This document shows, in pieces, positions 56,976 through 64,000 of a DNA stretch of 64,000 nucleotides. The DNA is from Anolis carolinensis (Eukaryota): assembly GCF_035594765.1 (NCBI RefSeq), contig NC_085842.1, positions 294,175,749 to 294,239,748 on the forward strand, written 5' to 3'. The position numbers were made by a program, and so were the translations under genes. Below the pieces are notes generated by a model, which was not told where the DNA came from, did not search any database, and saw nothing but the letters and a program-made list of their open reading frames with translations. Numbering within the stretch: the stretch's first letter is position 1; the number at the start of each line of letters is the position of its first letter.

Positions 56976-58028
56976 ATTTTTCATTTTTAAAGTCCACCTA
57001 TGGTATATAAAATAACACCAGCTTGAATGAGTGTAGGTCAGTAGATTGTTCAAATCTTCAAGACTGTTGTGGCTGGACCCTATGGCTCAATTTACCCATT
57101 CCACCCAGAATTTAATGGGCCCAACCTAGCATGATACATATCTGACCAATGATCCTGGTTCCCAAATTCCAACCACTCCAAAAATGAAGGTTTCATTTAC
57201 TGTTGCTGAGAAAGGAGGGAACAGGGAGGCAGCATTGCCCTGAAATTCTCTCAGAGAAGCAGGCTGTTGTTTTAGAACAAACAGCAGCTTGTTTCTATCG
57301 CTCCTTTGTTTGACAAGTTTGGGCTGGCTAGAAAGGTCATTTATGCCTCAAAGCATCAAATTAACATTTGGAGGACATGAATTTTAAAAATGGCTATTTG
57401 GTCCTGCTTTCTGAATTCGTAATGTATTTTTTTTTTAACTAGATGTAGCCACAATTCAAAAGAATAGAAGTAGACTTTCCTCAAGCAAACTAAGCATTGA
57501 TTTTATGTCTGAGTCAGACATGCTGACAATATCTTAATTAAACTTTATTTTTTAAGTGCTAGGCTTATGCCGCTAGCCTAATGTTATATTAAAATCATGG
57601 AACAATTTGAAATAAAAAATATTGATTAATTAACACAAGAGGGATCTTCAGAAGATTAATACAACTATTCCTCACCCATATTTTAGACACATGTACAGGA
57701 TTCAACAGTAGCAAATCATGAAACAGTAGAATTTCACCATGGAGAATCTCTAGACAGCTAACTGTTAATGTTGCTATTAAAATGCAAAACATTTTAGATC
57801 TGAATTTGTTTGGATGACTCAACTAGCATACACCCATTGAATCAATTGTAGAATGGAAAGTCAACATGTACACGTATATACATCCCACTAATTCAATAAG
57901 TCTACTCTAATCACCAGGATTCAACCCATATTTCAAGAGTTGTTTTGTCCCAAAGCAGATTTGTGTATCTATAATTGTGTAACAGACAATGGAAGGCTGT
58001 CATTGAAATTATAAACAATCTGCCAATA

Positions 58029-58124
58029 GGGTTGTTGTATGTCTTTCGGGCTGTGTGGCCATGTTCCAGAAGCATTCTCTCCTGACGTTTCGCCCACATC
58101 TATGGCAGGCATCCTCAGAGGTTG
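58029..58124. mobile_element. Penelope-like element terminal fragment
   Basis: ggccatgttccagaagcattctctcctgacgtttcgcccacatctatggcaggcatcctcagagg; homologous to 38881-38944. Confidence 0.85.
58081..58121 (-). ncRNA. Minimal type I hammerhead ribozyme motif (Penelope-associated)
   Basis: Minus strand reads ccu CUGAGGA u GCCUGC cauagau GUGGGC GAAAC GUC agg: core boxes, 6-bp stem II, palindromic ACGU stem III, GUC cleavage triplet and 3-bp stem I. Confidence 0.8.
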
Positions 58125-58682
58125 CCAATAGCCTCCTGTCATGGAGGGATGACTGAGATTTGGTAATATGTGCATGTCTATTTCAGATATATGTTTTATA
58201 TTAACATATATACAATGACAAATTAGAACAATGAAACATCAACAATATAGGGATGATTTATCTTATACAAAGAAGACTTAACTTCTGTTAAATAGCAAGA
58301 TAAAAACCAAGTCAGTCAGGAAAGCAGAGCATCAAATCAACTGATCCCAAAAAGCTTTGTGGAGCAATGTATTTTGATCTGGTACCTCAAAACACAAATG
58401 TTGGGGCTAAGAAACCCTCTGAAGAAATTCCATAAGGGTGGCACCACAGTGGGAAAGAATGCATCCCTATAAAGTAAACTGACATGCATGCTGAAAAAAT
58501 AAATCTGCAGAGTTATTAGCCCAACATCAGTAGTTAGTGTTTTCAGGTTTTAAAAATAGCAATAGCGTATTAGCACAGTCAAAACATATGGTATGCAATA
58601 CTGACCACCAGTAGGCATCTATTAATAAGTTTGTGTTTTACCTAACTATCAAACAAAAATACTGATATCAGTTAATCAAGCT

Positions 58683-58966
58683 ATTTATTATTATTATTAT
58701 TATTTATTGTGTCAGAAGAGATTTGAGAACATATTGCAAGTAGCTTCTGGTGTGAGAAAATTGGCCATCTACAGAAACATTGCCCAGGGGATGCCCGGAT
58801 GTGTTGCTGGGAGGCTTTTCTCATATCCTTGCAAGCTAGAGCTGACAGATGAGAGCTCACTCCATCTTGCAAATTCGAACCGGCAACCTTCAGATCAGTA
58901 ACCTAACCTTTAGGTCAGCAGTTCAGCTGGCACAAGAGTTTATTAACCCATTGCGCCACCGCAGCT
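58683..58966 (-). mobile_element. tRNA-derived SINE with (TAA)n tail
   Basis: Minus strand head GCGGTGGCGCAATGGGTTAA, B box GGTTCGAATT, 3' end ...tctgacacaataaataataataa (Vingi-like tail, from memory). Confidence 0.8.
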
Positions 58967-60149
58967 TCTTATTTGTTTTTAATTTAAAAGTCACATTTCT
59001 GTCTTTGTGTGCCACAAAACACGAGAGAGTGATTGACATCTTTTTCATTTTATATAAAAGGGAAGGTTTTCCAACCCATAAATAGGAGACATCCGTTATA
59101 ACAAGGAATATCCTTTATAGTAAGGCACATGCCAGCCCTATAAAGGGCAAGCTTTCTGGCCTTCAGAAAAGGGATACAGTAAGGGGTATCTGGCAACACG
59201 GTCACTAGCCCTTCTGCTTCATATCTGTGACATACCTGACAGCCAGAAAATACTTTCCAGTTCAAAAAAAAAAACTATCTGAAGGCAAGTGGCTTTAATA
59301 ATACTGGAAAGAAGACTTATAAATACTGCTAAGTCTTTTTGCTTAGGAACCTTTCATTAATAAATTAATATTTTCCTCTACTACAGAAATCTCACCATAT
59401 TCATATGCTTAATTCCATCCATCAAAACAAAGAAGCAAACACTTTCAATGGTCTTTTGGGGGATTTAAGTATTGTGAACTGCACACAAGGTATTCTACTC
59501 CCATAATTTGATACATTCTTCTGGAAAGACTAATGTTCCAATGCAAATATATTAAATTTCTTTTAAAAAGCACAGGCATGAACATTCCTTGGTGATGAAG
59601 ACAATGAACTTGTGAACCAATGCTGGCTTAATTAGTAATATGTACAGAACTGTTTGTACAGGCAAAGAACACGTGGCACAAGCATTTGCACTTCAGTTCA
59701 CTCCTTTAAAACTGCCAGAATGAGCAAATATTTCCTAGAAAGGAAAACAGTGATTTCAGTTGTGTCCATCTGCACCTGCTGATGGGGAAAGCAAATGCAT
59801 CAATTTGCACTGATATAGCTTAATTGAGCTAATTAAAAGTAATTCCCAAGGATTGGTGAAAGGAAGGCGGGCCTTGTCAGAAAAAGCTATACCTGACCTG
59901 CAAACCTTTAAGAAAAAGAAAGATTGTTATTGAAAAGAAAGGCTTCAAGTTCTCCCTAGCAGTATGCCTCTATCAGGACAAAGACATGTTTCACTTCCTA
60001 TTGTGAATCACAATCAGCTACTGAACTCTAATGCAAGTCATGTACTACCTTCTCAGTCAAGAGGCAAGAATTACCATAGAGCTTCACATCTTTTCTTAAG
60101 TAGGGAGGAGGTACTCCTAAAGGGATACTCTAGATTTTACTACAAAGAC

Positions 60150-60345
60150 TTTTACTACACATGGGATAAGGAATGCCAGATTCAGGAAAGGAAAAGACAA
60201 CAGAGATCACATTACAAACAGTGGAAAAGGAGGTCATCAAAGTATATCAGACGAACCTAGTATGGATTATAACAAATCTTTTGATTATGTAACTCATGAA
60301 AAATTATGGATCACTCTAAAAGCATCACAACATCTAACTGTCAGT
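60150..60345 (+). mobile_element. Degraded RTE/BovB reverse transcriptase fragment
   Basis: DYNKSFDYVTHEKLWITLK resembles the RTE motif DYxKAFDxVxHxKLW. A GFRKG-like ccagattcaggaaaggaaaa lies upstream. Confidence 0.7.
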
Positions 60346-62153
60346 AAGAGCAATCTACACTTTGCATGCAGGGAGTTGGATATATTTTCTAGAGTCAGGC
60401 TGTGGTGGCAAGGAATGGCAGGAAAAAATCTAGAGGCTTCAAACAGCTACTTCTCCTAGTTTTCTTACTTCCATTATTATTACCGTTATTGTTTTATTTA
60501 CTTATACCCTGCTGGTGTAGTTATGGATGGTGTAGTTAGGCTTGCACAGTGAATCAACAGGATTTTTGCTTTTATCTCCTGTATATTTCAAGAAGTTACT
60601 ATTTGGGAAGTTTAGTAACACGAACACTCAAAAACTCAGCTCCCTTTGTTCCCAGTTCCATTTCTTCCTTCATGTGAAGAGGAGTTAATTTGAACAGAAG
60701 AGAATAGAACGTAATTGGGAATCTTGCTTGTTATAATTATATAATTGTGTGTGTGTATCAGGTCCTATTGCATGAAGTGCCTCTATGCTTATGGGAAATT
60801 CTCTTATCCTCCACATGAGTAGAACGCTTCTCTCTTGACAGAACATGCTCAGATAATTAAAGCAGTCATAGACAATCTGAAATATGGGAACTTCGTGCAG
60901 TCTACAGACAGAGAGGCCCTTATGTCAAAGGTCAATCTGTCACCATTGCTCAGCTGTCAGTACAGCTTTAAGGTACTCAATCTTCTTGGTTTCAATTACA
61001 CCAAATTCACCACTTTGCAACCAACATCTGTCTTTCAGCAAGCCATACAAGCTTTAACTGATTTTGACTTGCAATATGTTCTGGTGACACCTGAAACCAA
61101 AGGGTTAATTTCATCTATTTATAACGTATGATACATGGCTCCTTCAAATTTGGGTACTTCTTCAGAGACAGAACACTCCAAATCCATGCCTACCCACTAA
61201 CAGTTAGCAATCTGAAATGAACAACTTAATATCTATCTCAGCTAAGGTTAGAAACCACTGCAGAAATAAATGCATCAGTATTGTAGTACTTTATCTCACC
61301 GTGAGTCCACCAAGAGTATATTAACATACATACCATGAAGAATGTATTGACAGACATGACGAATGAGTGGTGGAGCTGCTGAGCTGTGGCTACTTTCCTT
61401 ACCAGGGCTGCCCAAAGAATTTTGTTACCTAAAACACAGTGCCAAATGATACTTCTCTCCTCAAATCAAAGTACATAGCAGCAAGCTCAACTAAGTCATT
61501 TTCACATTCTGAAACAAAACAAACAAGCATCTCTTCCTTCCTGCCAGACACTAGTAATAACAACACTATAAAAACTACTTAATTATTAACTACACCCAAA
61601 AGTCCTCTACTGTTTGAGATAGTCACCTTAGTCTGTCTGGTGGTCAGCTCATCCCGGTTTTTTTTTACTTTAACAGCTAGAATTTTCAAGATTGTTCATT
61701 ATTCTCCCCATTGAGGGCTTACATTTGCTGTCTCAGCTGCATACTGGGAAGAACATGTGGTTGCACATGAAGAATTTATTACTTTATTAATTGCTATATA
61801 TTGTAAAGGTTGAACACTGAATGACCCTGGATTCCTGCTATCTACAAAACTGGTTCTCCCAGGTTTGGGATTTTGCCCTTCAAGAAAAATTAAGTCATGG
61901 AACTAAATTATCTTGAGCCATGGCTATAGCAAACCTTATAATGTACTGTTTCCATTTATGTACTGTATCAAAAACCTAACTTTACACATCCACTCTCAGG
62001 TGTTTTAGAAATATAACTTCATTCAATGTGCATTATTGCCATACTTTATTGTCCTGATCTCTTGTGCTAGAACTATTGTCCTCTGACCTTCTCCACTTGC
62101 TGAATTTAACAGTGTTTTTCAAGGTAAGAAGCAAATCTTTCTTTACAATCATA

Positions 62154-62306
62154 GGGCCCTTCTTCCACACAGTCAAATAACCCAGAATATCAAGGCAGAA
62201 TAATCCACAATATCTGCTTTGAATTGGAATATCTGAGTCCATACTGCCATATATCCCACTTCAAAGCAGATAATGTGGGATTTTATTCAACTGTGTGGAA
62301 GGGGCC
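62154..62306. mobile_element. PIF/Harbinger-like MITE
   Basis: TIRs GGGCCCTTCTTCCACACAG / CTGTGTGGAAGGGGCC, flanked by a 3-bp ATA repeat. Confidence 0.8.
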
Positions 62307-63775
62307 ATAGATAATTTCTAGGAGACTGTGTTATTAAACTGTTTTCTATATTGATTAAATTTTAAGGTAGAGTTCTAAGACACAAACACTTTTTAGATAG
62401 TGAAAACTGGGTCCTACTCCATGTGAGTATGACTTCTACCTCTTCAATTTCATGCCCCAAGCCAAACATTATAGACAGTGAGAAGTGAACAATGCCATCT
62501 TGTCTTCATTTTAGAAAGTTTGATTACCTTGCCTGCGGCACATTCACTACGCATGAGGTTCAGCTCCCCTTTATTAGAGAAAGGCCTCAATAGGGACCAA
62601 GTTAGTCTCAAAATGATCTGACTTCATTTCTACAAACACAGCTGTGCTCCTCATTTACCAACACATGAACGTTTGTTAAAATCTGTAATCAGTTCCCATC
62701 TCTTCTACACAATGTAATGGGCTTAACAGAGATGTTCTGTTGTGTAAATGCCTACGCTGTTTTATTAGTGTACTGTAATGTGTTTCCCCTGCTTAAAAGG
62801 AAAAAAAATGAGGCACCTGTTTCCTCAACAGCCTGAAAGATCATTGAGCTTAATTCACTGTGACAAAGAGACTTTGTGTTGCAGGCAAAAGATACTTGAT
62901 ACCACAAGAAGTTACTCCCTTCCATATATGTCTACCTTTTAAAACTGGGGAAAGGAATCTCAAGTTTGCTATCTTATTAACAGCTGGGGACATATACATC
63001 CCCATATGACCTGACACTGATGGAGACAGAAAGGCGGGTGAGGACTGGGACAGCAGTCTTGAAGTACTATATTATTAGAAAAATGAAAACCATGTTTCAT
63101 TAAGCAGCTCTAGAAGGTTTAATTTAAAAGGTCTCAAATAAGATATGGTGGTCCTATTTTACTATTTTCTAAATTTAAAAATTAACTTTAGGTTTGGTTT
63201 GAAATTCTAAACTTTAGCAGCAGCAAATGGCTCAGTTGTACTGCACATGCTCTGCATACAAAAGAGCCCAGTTTCAATGCCTGACAATCTTCAAGAAGTA
63301 GTAGTAAAGAAGTGTGCCTGAAACCCCCAACAGCCACCGGACGTAAATGCTGACAACATCAAGCTAAATGGTTCAGTGGTCTGACTTGGTATAAGGCAGC
63401 TTCCTATCTTCTGCATAAACAGGATTCCCAGAGTTTACGGACTTTCTGAACTACTTTTGGAATGAACTTCATAAGCAGTGATATATGTAGATTCTCTTTT
63501 AATTGAACCTAAAGAGATTTTATGTAGCCAGAATTTATTAGAGCAGCCCCCACCCTTATGTCCTTTAGGAAAAATCTGAAGACTTTCCTGTTTGGAATAG
63601 ATTTTAATTGATCTGTAACAGAAGCCCAGAATTTACAGCACTTTGTAATTATATTTTCTCTCCATTCTGAACATTTTAGAGTGTTTTTACTTATTTTAAT
63701 GATAATTTTAACATCCTACAAGGAAGGACTATGTAACCTATTTGGGTTAATTGTAATGTTCTATTTTATATTGTA

Positions 63776-64000
63776 CTAGCTTGGGGATCCGGCAGTGCCC
63801 GGGTTATTAGAAGAAGCCATTGAACTACAACTGCCAGATCTAAGGTCAGTCACCCCCAAACCAGGCCTTGTATGCATAGTTGGCCATGTTGGGTCTGTAT
63901 GCCAGGTTTGGTCCAGATCTGACATTAGCTGGGTACAGTGCTTTCTGGATGCAGGTGAACTACAACTCCCAAAATCAAGGTCAATTCCCCTACACCCCTG
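63776..64000 (-). mobile_element. Helitron 3' end (element continues beyond the window)
   Basis: Minus strand ends with hairpin CCGGGCACTGCCGG, then ATCCCCAAGCTAG|T. An internal gaactacaact...aaggtca repeat recurs near 63823 and 63957. Confidence 0.8.

Overview
Eukaryotic genomic DNA, not prokaryotic. The repeat families (Sauria SINE, Penelope, Helitron, hAT and Tc1 MITEs, CR1, L2, RTE) point to a squamate reptile, probably an Anolis lizard. The whole window lies inside one minus-strand gene, ZSWIM6 (SWIM zinc-finger protein 6). Nine consecutive coding exons are present, numbered 2-10 by analogy with the mammalian gene (1705 nt in total). All have canonical AG/GT boundaries and splice into one open frame. 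Exon 1 lies beyond 64000 and exon 11 onward lies before 1. The introns hold many transposon remnants and several candidate conserved enhancers. Most notable: (1) an apparently intact minimal hammerhead ribozyme core in a Penelope fragment on the pre-mRNA sense strand (58081-58121); (2) a sense-oriented LTR-like promoter cassette about 3.3 kb upstream of exon 2; (3) a multi-layer nested transposon whose Helitron carries a Penelope-derived 75-bp satellite; (4) inverted MITE copies flanking the frame-symmetric exon 2, suggesting circRNA potential. I found no convincing evidence for a wholly new biological system. Almost all short ORFs in the track are spurious.
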